DNA of 64,000 nt from Camelus dromedarius (lineage: Eukaryota). The notes under the pieces were generated by a model. It was given only the letters and a program-made list of their open reading frames with translations. It was not told the origin of the DNA and did not search any database. Below, piece after piece: positions 34,892 through 48,570 of the stretch. The first letter of the stretch is position 1, and each line of letters starts with the position of its first letter. Made by a program: the position numbers and the translations under genes. The stretch lies in contig NC_087437.1 in NCBI RefSeq assembly GCF_036321535.1, positions 42,286,001 through 42,350,000 of the forward strand. Direction: 5' to 3'.

Positions 34892-36340
34892 CAGGGATCT
34901 CTATGCCATTGTCCCCAGAAAGATGTGGAAAGGTACTTCTATGGGCCCCCTGACACCACTCAGTCTCTGACTTGGTCCCACTCCATGTCACCCCACACCA
35001 GCAGCAAGTTCTCCTTCATCCACATCAGAAGGTGTCCCTCACCAGTGGAGCTCAAAGCTCTGGAAAGGATGCACCTGGAGCACAGTGAGCAGGAGGGAGG
35101 AAGGAAATTCTGGCTGAACAGTTAGACCAGAATTGACTTTGTCAATAGAAAACCTGTCAAAACCAGAGCTTCCTCCTATCCCATCCTTTACCTTAGGAGT
35201 TCTGTTTTGTTTCTTTAAGGGGCTTAAAGTCTAATCAGGCAGGAGAAAGAGGTCTTGGGTATAGTTAAGTTGCAGAGTATCTACTACCATTGTAAGGGCC
35301 AGATTAGTACTGGAATCTCTAACGGCAGCTTGTGGCAATCAAATGAGATTTAAATCTGAACTTAAAGATGTGAGCTTTGGGCCACCCAGGTGCTTCCTAA
35401 TGAGGGTTGGGGCAGGAAGATGGGCCAAAATGCAGCCTGAGCTAAGCAGGTGATGCAAGGGATTGAAAATGGGGTAGTGAGCTGTGAAGGAACTTGGTCC
35501 TTTAATGAATTCTGGGAGCTCAAAAGGCCAGAGGGGTTGAATGGGTGGATTAAATGAGAGTGAGGAGTCGTGTGTGTATGTAGCCCATTGGGAACCATCA
35601 AGAATGAGAGAGAAGTGGATTTGGAGATTGGGGAAGGAAAGACGCTGCGGATTGAAGGTTCCACACAGGAGGAGGAATTGGAGGGTGAGGGTGCAGAGCT
35701 AAGGGTAAGGCTTGGTTGGGAATTTCCTATGAGAAGTGTTCAGTCATTATGTGTTGGGATACACATGGCTAGAGAGAGAGTTCTGAACCAAGAAATATCT
35801 TCCTGAGTGTTGTCTTTAAAGAGTTCCAATCCCTAGAGAAACCTCAGTTTCGTGTAGAATAGGGAGGAAAAGAGGGAGACGGAGGTTGTGTTAGCAGGTC
35901 AGGTCAGTGCAGACACACAGGATAGCAGTGCTCGTTGCTTTAAATCTATGACAAGCTTGTGAATTACACTAACTCTGATGATTGTGACTCATTTCTATGT
36001 AGCTGTACATAGTCTGTATAACTAAGATTTTCTCTATGGTGTAAAATAGTTTTATTTTGGAACTGATGATAAGTATTCTCTCCATTTTCCATTGTCTCCA
36101 ATAGACTTTCACCAGAATTTACCACATACTGGTTCCTAGGTTATTCTCTTCATTTCTTCAAATGGGTTTTCTAAGGAGATATTTACATGCATGCCGTTAA
36201 CCACCACATTTCCTCATCCTTGCTCTATCTCATCTGCTCACCTTGATTTATTCCATCCATATGTTGAGTTCCAACACAAGCCTTAACTTTTCTACAGAAT
36301 CTTCCCTCACTTCACACGACACTGACAGTGGGTTGTACTA

Positions 36341-36583
36341 CAGGGTTTCTCAGTCTCTTTGTTACAACTCATTACTGGAGACTGAAGTCAAGTTAGAGAT
36401 TTATAATCAATATTTTAAAATGCGAAATGTAGTGGAACAGAACAGAAAATATCTGCATCCATCACAGGTAGTTAGGATAAGCATCATATATCATATATTT
36501 ACACACATGCGGATGTTCAGAGGCCTCATGTAAAATGTACTTCTGACTGTAGGCTGTGGTCAAAAATATTTTGAATGTCACTG
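36341..36583. mobile_element. hAT-Charlie fossil
   Basis: CAGGGTTTCTCA ... ACTGTAGGCTGTGGTCAAAAATATTTTGAATGTCACTG, degenerate Charlie-type TIRs. Confidence 0.5.
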
Positions 36584-38689
36584 ATACTGTGGGAAGAGTG
36601 TTGGGAGATGTGAGAAACTGAGAGATTTGGGCTATAATCCCAATTCTGTCACTATAATTCCCTGTGACCTGGGCAAGTAAATTTCTTCTCTTTTCTGGGT
36701 CTTATTGATCTTCTAAGTCAAATGAGAGCATGAATTTTGTTTCCCAAAGTCTTTTTCAGATTTAAGCTTTTAGGAGCCTTTGATTCCTGGAACTGCAGGG
36801 AACAATGTGGGGGGAGGAAAGCAGTCGAAAAAGTGAAAAGAGGCTGAATTTCGAGGACACTGTCCTTGGAGGAGAGTTATACGAATCCTCCGCTCTTGAG
36901 AGCCTGCCATGGGCTGTGTAGTGGGCATGGTCCTTAACACAGGGTGTTTCTAACCTCTTATGTAACAGAGGACTTCCTGAATCTCAAGATGGTTTGGATT
37001 GTGCAACTTTGGGTGTAGGAGTAAAGACAGAACTGAATTCTTCTGCAAAATAGAAGGGAGGAGGGACAATGATGACAGATTGAGGAGAAACAGAAAGAGT
37101 GGCCTGTAAGCCTGGGCCCGTGAGCAGAAGGACCCCATGGGAGAAGCCTCTGGGGGCTTAAAACAGCCAAAGAAGGAATATTAGAGAATAGAAATACTTA
37201 ACAGAGATTTTTATTTAGATGGAGATGGGGAGAGAGGGGAGTTGTGCAATGCAAACCCATCTTCTTCATTTCCCCTCTGTTAGCTTCTGAAAGTCTACAG
37301 TACTTCTGTGCGAGCGAATTCTCTTTAGCAGCTTCAAAGAGTTGAGAGGCATTAAACTGTGAGATCAGCTCAGCTCAGCATGAAATAGAGATACCACGTA
37401 ATGGATGCAGGGCTGAGGGGCAAAGGAGATGGCTGATGACTGCACACGTCTGCAACAGCCCTGACAGGGAGGCAATGCTCTCTCCAGCTCCCAGGTCACA
37501 CTCAAGGAACCCAACTGCTTCCTCACTGACATTTCATACAATGCAGCGCACACCCCTTCGCATCCCCTTGCCTTCAACTATGTTGACAATTCTCCTTGAA
37601 ATGGGAATCTTTGTAGGGAATCATGGTCTAGAATAGAAAGGAGGGGTTTTTTCCTGTTAAATTCTCCTTTTTAGAAAAAGAAAAACATCTCTATGCTAGT
37701 GTTTAGAATATAACAAACTGTACATGTTTCTGATAGTTTAGTTTTTCCTCTAGGTAGCTATAAAATATATTTTTTTATATTATATATATACACATACATA
37801 TATACACGGCAACCTCAGTGCTGGCTCTGGAAAATGCCATTTCTAAGCGTGCTTTGGTATATTGAGGATCAAGGAACATTTCTGTAGGGGTCAATTTTTT
37901 TAGTAATCGTCTTTTTATATATTTTATTTACTCCTTATCCTTCAGTGCACCAACATCCTTAAGGGACAAACAAAAATGGTACTTTCCTGGTGGAGTGAAT
38001 TAATTCTTAAACCAGGGCTTCCAAAAGGGTGAGATCATGTAAATTGGTCTTCCCACCTGGTCCTGGGTGACATTTCTTCCATGTTTATGAAAGCAAGGAG
38101 GCTGCTGTCAGCCTGCAGAACTCTCCACGCCCTCATTTCTGAGAGCATGAACGCAGCCTGCTGGGGAGAAGACTGCGTGGCAAAATGAACGATCTTACAG
38201 ATTGGGGTGGGACTCCTTGGCCTATTGTCTCTTTCCTACTTCTGTGTATTGTTCTAGAGGTCAGCTTTCACCTGCTCTCTCAGGATCTGTGAGTTTTCTT
38301 GTTCACATTCCCCTCTCAGTTGAGTGTGGGTTGGAGGGTGGGAGCTAGGGCTTCGACTCAGGTGGGGATCCATGGCCCGGATAGGTTTTGGAAAATGGGC
38401 ACTTCTGTGGGCTGGAGAATATGGATCCAAGGGAGGCTGGGAAAATATGCACCTGCATGGTTGTTACCTCCAGTGGAAGGTGAGGATGATTACCAAACAG
38501 ATTCTCCAAGTTGCCGCAGACTCTGGAGTTGCCAGAGAGAGAAAACCAAGTAATAGACACAGAGCAGCGGGCAAGAGAACCCAGAATGAACACGTGGGTG
38601 TGAGATGAACCATGGCAGGAGGCTGGCTTGGAAGATTCTCTGCGATAGTTTCTTTGGTCCGTGGGAGCTGATCAGCTAGGGATGCTATT

Positions 38690-39118
38690 ACTTATAGGTT
38701 GAATTGTGTCCCCCCAAATTCTTATAGGGGAGTCCTAACACCCAGGACCTCAGAATGTGACCTTATTTAGAAGTAGGGTCTTTACAGAGGTAATTAACTT
38801 AATATAAGGTCACTAGAGTGGGCCCTAATCCAGTATGACTGAGGAATTCAGTCACAGACATGCCCACAGAGGAGTGCCGCATGAAGATGAAGGCAGAGAT
38901 GGGAGGGGTGCTTCTGTACATCAAGGAGTGCCAAAGATTGCCAGCAAAATGCCAGAAGCAGGGGAGAGGCAGAAACGGATTCTTTCTCAGCCTTCAGAGG
39001 GAGCCAACCCTGCTGACACTCTGACATCCAGCCTCCAGAACTCTGAGACAACCAGTTTCTGCTGTTTAAGCTGCCCAGGTCGTGCTGCTCCGTTATAGCA
39101 GCCCCGACAAACCAGGAC
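38690..39118 (+). mobile_element. MaLR solo LTR (MLT1C-like)
   Basis: GGTTGAATTGTGTCCCCCCAAATTC...ACCTCAGAATGTGACCTTATTTAGAAGTAGGGTC...CAGCCTTCAGAGGGAGC...GTTATAGCAGCCC. Confidence 0.85.
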
Positions 39119-39421
39119 AGATGCTGAGGGAGTGAATGCACCTGAGCCTAATTATAACCTCCCTGCAGCTAGCTTTTGGAGATGAACAATGGAAAGGCTG
39201 GTTAAAAAATAGAAGCACATCTGTCCTCGTGATTATCCTCTCACAGTAAAATCTGTCAGATCAAAACCAATGACAATTCTGGAACAACTGACCATAAAAA
39301 CAAATGGGAGTGTTGCCTACCATCTAGTCCAAACTCATTTTCAGACGTGGGAACCAGATCCCAGAGAGCAGAAGGGCCCTGCTAAGGCCACAGGACGAGT
39401 CAGTGGCCCACGGTGGACTCC

Positions 39422-40270
39422 TGTGTTAGCCCACCAGGGCTGCCGTAACAAAACACCACAGACTGGGTGGCTTTAACAGCAGAAATGTATTTTCTCACAG
39501 TTCTGGAGACTAGAACTCAAAGGTCAAGATGTTGGCAGGTTTGATTTTTTTCTGAGGCCTTTCTCCTTGGCTTGTGGATGGTTGCCTTCTTGCTGGTCCT
39601 CACATAGACATTCCTCTGTGCACACACATCTCTGGTGTCTTTTGTGTGTCTTAATTTTTTGTATTTATAAGGATACCAGTCAGACTGGATTAAGGCACAG
39701 CTTGATGCCCTCATTTTACCTTAATCTTTAAAAGCCCTATCTCTACATTCTGAGGCACTAGGGGTTAGAGCTTCAACATATGAATTGGCCGGGGGGCACA
39801 TAATCCAGTTAATAATATTCTGGCCTCCCCCAAATTCATGTCCTTCTTACATGCAAAATACATTCACCTCCAATCCCAACAGCCTTGACTCTAAGCATCA
39901 ACTCTAAGTCCCAAATCTTTATCTAAATATTTAAGTCAACTGTGGATGAGACTTGAGGTTTGATTCATCCTGAAGCAAAATTCCTCTCCAGCTGTGAACC
40001 TGTGAAACAAGGTAAGTTGTCTGCTTTCAAAACGTAGTGGTGGGACAAGCATAAGGTAGGCATTCCCATTCCGAAGGAAGAAATCAGAGAGAAAAAAGGG
40101 GTCATTGGTACCAAGCAAGTCCAAAACCTACCACGGAAAATTCCTTTGGGTTTTAAGACTCAGAAATAATTCTCTTTGGCGTAATGCTCTGTCCTCCAGG
40201 CACAGTGGATGGTGGCCTTCTTTCCAGATCTACTGGGGCAGCAGTGTTGCTCCCAAGACCTTGGGTGCAG
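39422..40270 (-). mobile_element. MaLR LTR (MLT1B-like, ~39422-39815) with adjoining MLT1 internal sequence
   Basis: TGTGTTAGCCCACCAGGGCTGCCGTAACAAAACACCACAGACTGGGTGGC...; then CCCCAAATTCATGTCCTTCTTACATGCAAAATACATTCA and TCCTCTCCAGCTGTGAACCTGTGAA (int). Confidence 0.85.
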
Positions 40271-40289
40271 ACCTGTTACTGAGTTCTAG

Positions 40290-42710
40290 GGCTGACCTGA
40301 GGTATGCTGACCTCATAAAATACATTTGGAAGCATACGCTCCTCTTCATTTTGGGGGAAGTGTTTGAGACATTTTGGCATTAATTCTTCAAATGTTCGGT
40401 AGTATTCACCCATGAAGCCATCTGGTCCTGGGCTTTTCTTCGTTGTGAGGTTTTTGATTACTAACTCAATTTTTTTTTTTTTTTTTTTTTTTTACTAGTC
40501 ATAGATCTGTTCAGACTTTCTATTTCTTCATGATTCAGTCTTGGTAGGTTATATGTCTCTAGGAATTTATTCATTTCTTCTAGGTAATCTAGGGTGTTGG
40601 TGTATAATTGTTCATAGTAATCTATTATGATCCTTCTTATTTCTGTGGGATCAGTTGTAGTGTCTCCTGTTTTATTTCTGATTTTATTTATTTCAGTGTT
40701 CTCTTCTTAGTCTAGACAAAAGTTTGTCAATTTTGCTTATATTTTCAAAAAACAACTTACTTTTGTTGATTTTCCTACTATTTTTCTAGTCTGTTTAACT
40801 AATTTCTGCTCTAATTCATTATTATTTACTTTCTTCTGCTAACTTTGGGCTTTGTTTTTTTTCTAGTTTCTTGAGGTATAAAATTAAGTTATTTATGTAT
40901 TTGACATCTTTCTTCTTTTTCAACATAGGTTTTATCATTATACACTTTCTTCTTTTCCTGCATCCCATAAGTTTTGGATGTTGTATTTTAATTTTGTTTG
41001 TCTTAAGATAGTTTCTAATTTTCCTTTTGATTTCTCCTTTGATCCCTAGGTTGAACAAAAGTGTGTTGTTTAATTTTCACATATTTGTAAATTTCCCAAT
41101 TTTCCTTCCACTGTTGATTTTTAGTTTCATTCTACTGTGGTCAGAAAAGATACCTGATGTGATTTCAAGTCTTACATTTGTTAAGACTCATTTTGTGACT
41201 AATATGGGATCTCTCCTGGAGAATGTTCTGTCCACATGTGAGAAGAATGTATATGCTGCTGCTGTTGGGTGGAATACCTGGCTAACCTGGCTGTTTGGAC
41301 CATTTCGTCTATAGTGCTCTTCAAGTCCACTGTTTCTTTGTTGATTTTCTGTCTGATTGTTCTAGTCATTATTAAAAGTGAGATACTGAATCTCCTATTA
41401 TTGTATTGCTGGTTATCCTCCAGTTCTGTCAGCGTTTGCTTCATACATCTAGCTGTTCTGAGGTTGTATAGATATATATTTATAATTAATTAATCTTCCT
41501 GTTAAGTTGATCTCTTATCATTAAATAAAATCATTGTCTCTTGTGACAGTTTTGGACTTAACCCCTATTTTGTCTGATCAAAGTATAGCCACTTGTGTTC
41601 TTTTGTTTACAATTTACATGGAATATCTTTTCCCATATCTTCACTTTCAATCTATGTGTGTCTTCAAATCCAAAGTGAGTTTCTCGTAGATAGTATATAG
41701 TTGGATCTTGTTTTTTAAATCCATTCAGCCATTCTGTGTCTTTTGATTAGGGAGTTTAATTCATTCACATTTAAAGTAATTATTGTTATGGAGGGATTTA
41801 CCATTGCCATTTTGTTCTCTGTTTGTTTTATAGTTCTTTTATCTCTCTTTTTTTCTCTTGTTTTCTTACTTTGGGTTTATTTTTTATATTGATATGCTTT
41901 TATTTCTTTTTCTTTTTCTTTTGTGTAACTTCTATAGGTATTTTCTTTGTGGTTACCATTGGGCCTACATAAATTGTCTTGTAGTTACAACAGTCTATTT
42001 TTAGCTGACGAGAAATTATTTTCAATCACATATAAAAACTCTACAACTTTCCTTCTCCCCCCACCACATTTACTTTGTTATTGATGTCACAATTGACATC
42101 TGTTTATTCTGTGTACCCATTAACATTTTTCTAAGTTATAGTTATTCTTAATACATTTTTGTCTTTTAACCTTTATACTGGATTAAAAGTGATTTACTGA
42201 CCATCATTACAATAATATTCTGTATTTATCCACATATTTATCTTTTTCAACAACTTTTATACTTTCTTATGCTATCATGTTGCTGTTTAACATCTTTTTA
42301 TTTCAACTTGAAGAACTCCCTCTAGTATTTCTTATAAGGCAGGTCTAATGGTGATGAACTTCCTCAGCTTTTATTTGTCTAGGAGAGGCTATCTCTTCTC
42401 CATTACTGAAGAACAGTTTTGCTGAGTATAGTATTCTCAGTAGGCAGTTTTCTTTCATCACTCTCAATATATTGTACAACTCCCTTCTTGCCTGCAAAGT
42501 TTCTGCCAAAAAATCTGATGATAGTTATATGGAGATTCCCTTACATATAACAAGTTGTCTTTCTCTTACTGCTTTTAAGATTATTTCCTTGTCTTTAACT
42601 TTTGACAACTTAATTATAATGTGTCTCAGTGTGGGTCTCTTGGATTCATCTTATTCATTTTATTTGGAACTCTCTAGGCTTCCTGCATCTGGAATGATTT
42701 TGTCCAAGTG
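40290..42710 (-). mobile_element. older L1 fragment: ORF1 C-terminus, spacer, ORF2 endonuclease region
   Basis: GAAGCCATCTGGTCCTGGGCTTTTCTT, TTCTACTGTGGTCAGAAAAGATAC, CATTCACATTTAAAGTAATTAT (ORF2 start, antisense), GCCTGCAAAGTTTCTGCCAAAAAATCTG (ORF1). Confidence 0.9.
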
Positions 42711-42743
42711 CTTTAACCATTGACTGAAAAACATCTACATAAC

Positions 42744-42899
42744 ACCACAGGGAACTATATTCAATATCTTATAATAATCTTTAATGAAAAAGAATATGAA
42801 AATGAATATATGTAAGTATATGCATGACTGGGGTATTATGCTGTAAATCAGAAACTGACACACTGTAACTGACTATACTTCAATTTAAAAAAAAAAAGT
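42744..42899 (+). mobile_element. short L1 3' tail with TSD
   Basis: CACAGGGAACTATATTCAATATCTT...GACTATACTTCAATTTAAAAAAAAAAA; flanks AAAAACATCTACATAAC / AAAAAATCTACACAAC. Confidence 0.9.
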
Positions 42900-44744
42900 A
42901 AAAAATCTACACAACCTGAATACCTATAATCATCAGGGTCAGATGGAAAATATATTTTTTAGAGGGGGAAATGAAGCAAAACTTCACTCATTTTACAATT
43001 TGGCCACAGGCTAGCCTTGGTAATAAAAGCAAATCAATGTGAGTTAATCCAGAATCCTAATAATAACAGTCCGTGTCAGTAAAGAAGAAAAAAAATCACA
43101 GTATTATCTGCATTTACATGTAAGAAGAACAGATAAGTTTTCTCTCAAAAGTTCTTTTAAGATTGTCAGTATCCAGCTTTTACTTTTAAAATTAATGTTA
43201 GATTGTTTTCACAAAAAAGGTGAGAGTTAGGAAATAGAAAGCAGGGAGAGAGAGAGGGGGGTAGAGGGTAAGGGGGAGAATGTGATCTGGGAGATAGGAG
43301 TGAGGTGGTTATGCTTGGGTGGGTTTGCTACCCTGCTCTGGTGTTACCTGAAGTGGGGAAATTTCCAGGAATAGATACTGCTTTGGGAGCCTCCTATTAG
43401 TATTCTTTCCTACTAATTGGGACTATTTCATTTTTTTTTATTAAGCAATTGAAGTTGTTTAACTATTTAGCAATGTCCTGATTCTCTTTGATTTCTGGAT
43501 AATTTAACATCAAAACAAAGAAAATGGCCAACCAAAGAAAACTAATAAATTTTTCTTCACATTTTGGCAAGTGTATTTATAAGTGAAAGATCTAGATCTG
43601 AGAAAGTTTGATAAAGTGAAGTTGCAATTAGAAAACTGAATGTCACAGAAACAGACTTACTGGTCTCTCCAGGGGGGATTTCAAGGTAATACATTTTCAG
43701 CAGAACGAACTGCATGTTTTTACGGTTACCAGTCAAGGGAGGTTGCTCTGGGTAAAAGAAATGTTGCTTTGCTCTCTGCCAGCATGATTGGTGAGAATGC
43801 CCCTGAATTTAGATTAGAGAAATGTTTACTGCTGTTGCCTCCAGCACTAATATATGACTTCGTTTTACTGTCATACTCAGGTCACCTTTCATGCTATTGA
43901 GTACTTTCTTTTCAACACAAGAGATAAGTGAACAAAATAAGTTAATTGATGTTAAACAGAGGCTATTATTATCTTTTGCATGATCACTTTTTGATCTGAG
44001 CAGAATCTATGAAAAATGTAAGCAAAACTGTATATGCCTGAAATGTGAAATGAATTATTCAAGCAGAAAACACAAGGTCATGGCCAAAGTGCAGAAGAAA
44101 CAACAATAAAGCAGTAATCCAAAAGCAGGCATCAGCCCCACATCTAGTTTGATTTAGGTAATCTTGGAGACAGGCACCACATTTGAGACGGTTATAGTAA
44201 CCTACCTACTTTATGGATGGGGGTCACTTCCACAATAATTTGTCTTCTTTTTCACAGTGATGTGCCAAGCATTAGGCATTATGCTTGTACTTTATATATA
44301 TTCATCCCAACTCTTCTGGAAACTGAGGGGTCTCTCTCTTTCTCTCACAGAAGGAGAAATTAAAACTTAGAGCCTAGGTAATTTGTTGAAGGTGTAGGTG
44401 AATGAGCTGACATCATAAATCTTTGAGAAAAGTCGAAGTTATCCCTCACCAAGAGTTCTAGAGGATTTGACTTTGGATTGATGCTATTTTCACGTGATTG
44501 TTTTACTTGACAAAATCCAGATAAAAAAGCTGAGAGGCTTACTCTGACATATTAAATAATTTCTCTTGGGAAACATTAAAAGCAGAATAATTATTAAAAA
44601 TAATAACAATCCTTTATATTCATTTAAGTGCTTTCCCAGTTTATATAATACTTTCTCATATATAATCTCTGCCAGAATATTTTCTGAGTTTTTACTTAGA
44701 TGCAAATAAATATGAATTAGTTGTCTCCTTTATAAAGCAAACTG

Positions 44745-45134
44745 AAATATAAAGAAGAAACACAGAAAAGAACTTTTACCATATCACTTTAACCAACTGG
44801 CCAAAGTTAATATCATCAGTAAAAGGACAAATCAATATCCTGTGCCTGCTGGTAACATGCACTGAGAAGAACACAGCAACAACTGAGTGATAGTCCTGAC
44901 AAAGACAAATAACCCTAATCTAATGATGAGACAAAGTCAGACAAACCCAAACTGAGGAACAGTCTACAGAATAACTGGTTTGCACTCTTCAGAAATGTTG
45001 GTGTCATAAAACACAGGAAATCTGAGGAATCGTTTCACATTAATGGAGACTTAAAAAGACGTGTTAATTGAATGGAATGCATGATCCAAGATTTTCATTA
45101 GTTATAAAAGATATTACTGAAATAACTTGCTGTA
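44745..45134 (+). mobile_element. old L1MC-like 3'UTR
   Basis: CACTTTAACCAACTGGCCAAAGTTAATATCATCAGT...GCACTGAGAAGAACACAGCA...CAGACAAACCCAAACTGAGG. Confidence 0.7.
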
Positions 45135-45138
45135 TTGG

Positions 45139-46372
45139 AATGGCTTAAAGACTTAAATATAAGACAAGACACAATAAATCTCCTAGAAGAAAACATAGGC
45201 AAAACATTATCTGACATAAATCTCAGCAATGTTCTCCTAGGGCAGTCTACCCAGGCAAGAGAAATAAGACCAAAAATAAACAAATCGGACCTAATTAAAC
45301 TTATAAGCTTTTGCACAGCAAAGGAAACCATAAGCAAAACAAAAAAACATCTACAAAATGGGAGAAAATATTTGCAAATGATGCGACTGACAAAGGCTTA
45401 AATTTCCAGAATACATAAACAGCTCATACAACTTAAAATGAAAAACAAACAACCCAATCCAAAAATAGGCAGAAGATCTAAACAAGCAATTCTCCAATGA
45501 AGACAAATAGCCAATAGGCACATGAAAAAATGCTCAATATTGCTAATTATCAGAGAAATGCAAATCAAAATATAATGAGGTGTCACCTCACATCAGTCAG
45601 AATGGCCATCCTTCAAAAGGATAAATGCTGGAGAGGCTGTGGAGAAAAGGAACCCTCCTACACTGCTGGTGGGAATGTAGTTTGGTGCAACTGTTACGGA
45701 AAACAGTATGAAGATTCTCAAAAAACTACAATAGACTTACTGTATGATCCAGCAATCCCACTTCTGGGTATATATCTGGAGGGAACTCTAATTCAAAAAG
45801 ATACATGCACCCCAATGTTCATAGCAGCACTAGATACAATAGCCAAGACATGGAAGCAACCTAAATGTCCACTGACATATGACTGGATAAAGAAGTTGTG
45901 GTATTTATACAATGGAATACTACTCAGCCATAAAAAAGAATAAAATAATGCCATTTGCAACAACATGGATGGACCTAAAGATCGTCATTCTAAGTGAAGC
46001 TAGCCAGAAAGAGAAATACTGTATGATATCACTCATATGTGGAATCTAAAAGAAAAAAAAAAGGACACTATGAATTCATCTACAAAATAGAAACAGACTC
46101 ACAGACTAGAAAACAACCTATGGTTACCAGGGAAAGGGGGTGGGAGGGGATAAATTTGGGAGTTTGAGATTTGCAAATGATAGCCACTATATATAAAAAT
46201 AGATTTTTAAAAGTTTCTTCTGTATATCACAGGGACCTATATTCAGTATCTTGTAATAAACTTTAATAAAAAAGAATATGAAAACAAATGTATGTATGTA
46301 TAAGCATGACTGGGACATTGTGCTGTACACCAGAAATAGACACATTGTTACTGTACTTCAATAAAAAAAATA
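45139..46372 (+). mobile_element. 5'-truncated L1 (ORF2 C-terminus, 3'UTR, poly(A)), same subfamily as 10744-12004
   Basis: ORFs 45135-45401 (EWLKDLNIRQDTINLLEENIG) and 45530-45943 ([11 protein letters not shown]...CTPMFIAAL); 3'UTR closely matches the copy at ~11.7-12.0 kb. Confidence 0.95.
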
Positions 46373-46684
46373 AGGGAGTGACATAACTTGCTAGCCTATT
46401 TGGTATCTTCAAGTGATAATTGTTCTTTTAAACATTAAGCTGAGTTCCTTGAGCAGGTGGTTAGGAACTTTTTATGAGAACTATCTTTCTTTGTGATAAG
46501 GCTTTCTTTCCCTTTCCCCTACCCTCAGAATTGTTTCTTCCTCTTCTCAGGGCAGGGCAGAGCCACTGCTTGCCAACACCGCACCATTGTGCAGATTAAC
46601 AACTCTTTTCTCAAGACACTTTCCTTCCATCTGTTGGAAAACTGATGTAATAAACATACATATGTTTTGTATGAATGGCACCCT

Positions 46685-47535
46685 GCAGTTAGGCAGGGCC
46701 TGGGAGGCGGGGTGGTGCCTGGGGCCGTTGCCCACCTGCTGGTAGGCGACACTGGATGTTGGGGTGGCTGGGGGGCTCACAGGGACCTACAGCCACTGCC
46801 TGCCTGCTGGTGGTTGGGGCTGTGTTCCTGCACAGCTTGCTGCTTGGCCTGGGTGGGGCTCCCAGGACTGGTGTCAACTGGCTGTGGGTGGGGCTGTTCC
46901 CCAGCTGTTAATAAACTAAAGGAAGGAAGGACTCCAAAATGGTGTCTATCAGCACCTGTGTCCTCACGGTAGCCTGAGCTCCCAAAATGGCCACTGCTAG
47001 TGCCCACGTCCCAGGATGAGTTTTAATTGCTTCCTGCCTCTCCCGTAAGCTCTGAAGGATCAGCCAAGTGGTTCTGACACAGGGTCCTTTCAAATGACTG
47101 CTTCTGCCCTGGGTCTCGGAGCCTATGAGCCCCCTTTCAGAGTGGAGTCTCTGTTTCCTACAGCCCTCCAGCCCTCCGCAGATAAGCCCCGCTGGCCTTC
47201 ACAGCCAGGTGTTCTGAGGGCCCGTCTTCCCAGCGCAAGACCCCCAGCCGGGAAGCCCAGTGTGGAACCCAGACCCCTCGCTCCTTTGGGAGAATCTTAC
47301 AGTTGTGAATACCCTGCTGTTTGTGGGCCGCCTACCTGGCTGTGTGGGTCTTGACCATACGAGGCCTTTGCTGTTCCTACCATCTCATTGTGGCTCCTTC
47401 TTGTATCTTTAGTTGTAGATTTTTCTGCTCGTCTTCAGGCTGTCCTCATTGATAGTTGCTCTGTACATAGCTGTAATTGTGGTGTGCCTGGGGGAGGAGG
47501 TGAGCTCAGAGTGACCATCTTGGCCACTCCCCCTT
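46685..47535 (-). mobile_element. L1 5'UTR/promoter region without a contiguous body
   Basis: Minus strand begins GGGAGTGGCCAAGATGGTCACTCTGAGCTCACCTCCTCCCCC...ACAATTACAGCTATGTACAGAGCAACTATC, as in L1M 5' ends; GC- and CpG-richer than the flanks. Confidence 0.75.
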
Positions 47536-47589
47536 TCCTATCCTTGGTTGCTCCCAAACCAGCTCCCAGTGAAGGGGATCAGAAAAGAG

Positions 47590-48122
47590 TGTTGGGAAAG
47601 GCAGTCTCGAGCTTGCAGTCTTTTGACCCCCACCCAGCCACATGAGAATGGGCTTTACCAAGCCATAGGAAGCCCACACACCTGTGCTCGATTTATTGCC
47701 TTGCAGGGGAGTAGCTTTCTCTGTTTCAGACTCACCGTGTGCTGCTTTGTTTTGCTTAAGTGCATGCATCTGTTGCCTCAGGAACACTCCCAGCTTTCTG
47801 TATTTCAGAGTCCATAGGTGTGGGGTTAGAGCTTGGGTCCTCCTAAGGCAGCACAAAATAGGGTGCGGGCAACCATGCTACCTGAATTGGCTGCCCTGGG
47901 GGCTCGACACATTGCAAGGAGCTGGATCTTGTGCACAATTTCTCTCCTCTTGTTATAAGTAAATGCTGCACCACTTGAGCTTGGTGTATGTGTTGTCTGT
48001 TCTCAGTGACCTCAACTCATGTACTGGTTTCTTCTCTGGGTGATCTTACTGCCTTTTGCCCTTGGCCCCACTCATGTTATGCCCTTTCCTACAGCACAGC
48101 CTGACCACCCAGTTTTCACTCA
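47590..48122 (+). mobile_element. ERVL-class LTR (MER54-like, uncertain)
   Basis: TGTTGGGAAAGGCAGTCTC start; TATAAGTAAATG and U5-like tail; no TSD found. Confidence 0.45.
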
Positions 48123-48126
48123 GATG

Positions 48127-48570
48127 GTATGGGAGGTTGAATAATGGCCCCTCAAAGAAATTCACACCCTAATCTCTGTGAAACTGTGAATATATTAATT
48201 TACACGGTAAAGAGACTTTGCAGGTAGGATTAAATTAAGGATCTTGAGTTAAGGAGACGAGCCTGGATTATCCAGGTGGGCTCACTATAATCACAGGGTT
48301 TAACAGAAAGAGAGGCAGGAAGGTGAGAGTTGTGAAGACGTGATGGCAGACACAGAGGGAAGAAAAGGAGATATGATGAGAAGCCACAAGCCAAGAAATA
48401 CAGGTACCCTCTAGATGCTGGAAGAGACAACACATTCCCAACTTCAGCCTCGAGGAGGAACCAGTCCTGCCACCATCATGATTTTAGGCCAGCAAGACTG
48501 ATTTTAAACTTCTGACCTCCAGAAATGTAAGGTAATAAATTTGCAGTTTAAAGACATTAAATCTGTAGCA
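48127..48570 (+). mobile_element. MaLR solo LTR (MLT1D-like)
   Basis: GGTTGAATAATGGCCCCTCAAAGA...GACTTTGCAGGTAGGATTAAATTAAGGATCTTGAG...CTTCTGACCTCCAGAAATGTAAGGTAATAAATTTG. Confidence 0.85.

Noticed and set aside
40290..47535. Minus-strand L1 body (40.3-42.7 kb) and L1 5'UTR (46.7-47.5 kb) as one interrupted element
   Set aside because: The gap contains unique DNA and apparently older repeats (an L1MC-like 3'UTR), which does not fit a simple later insertion. Not excluded without alignment.
46525..47645. Cluster of GC-rich ORFs suggesting a CpG-island gene start
   Set aside because: Explained by the L1 5'UTR; stop codons are rare in GC-rich sequence.
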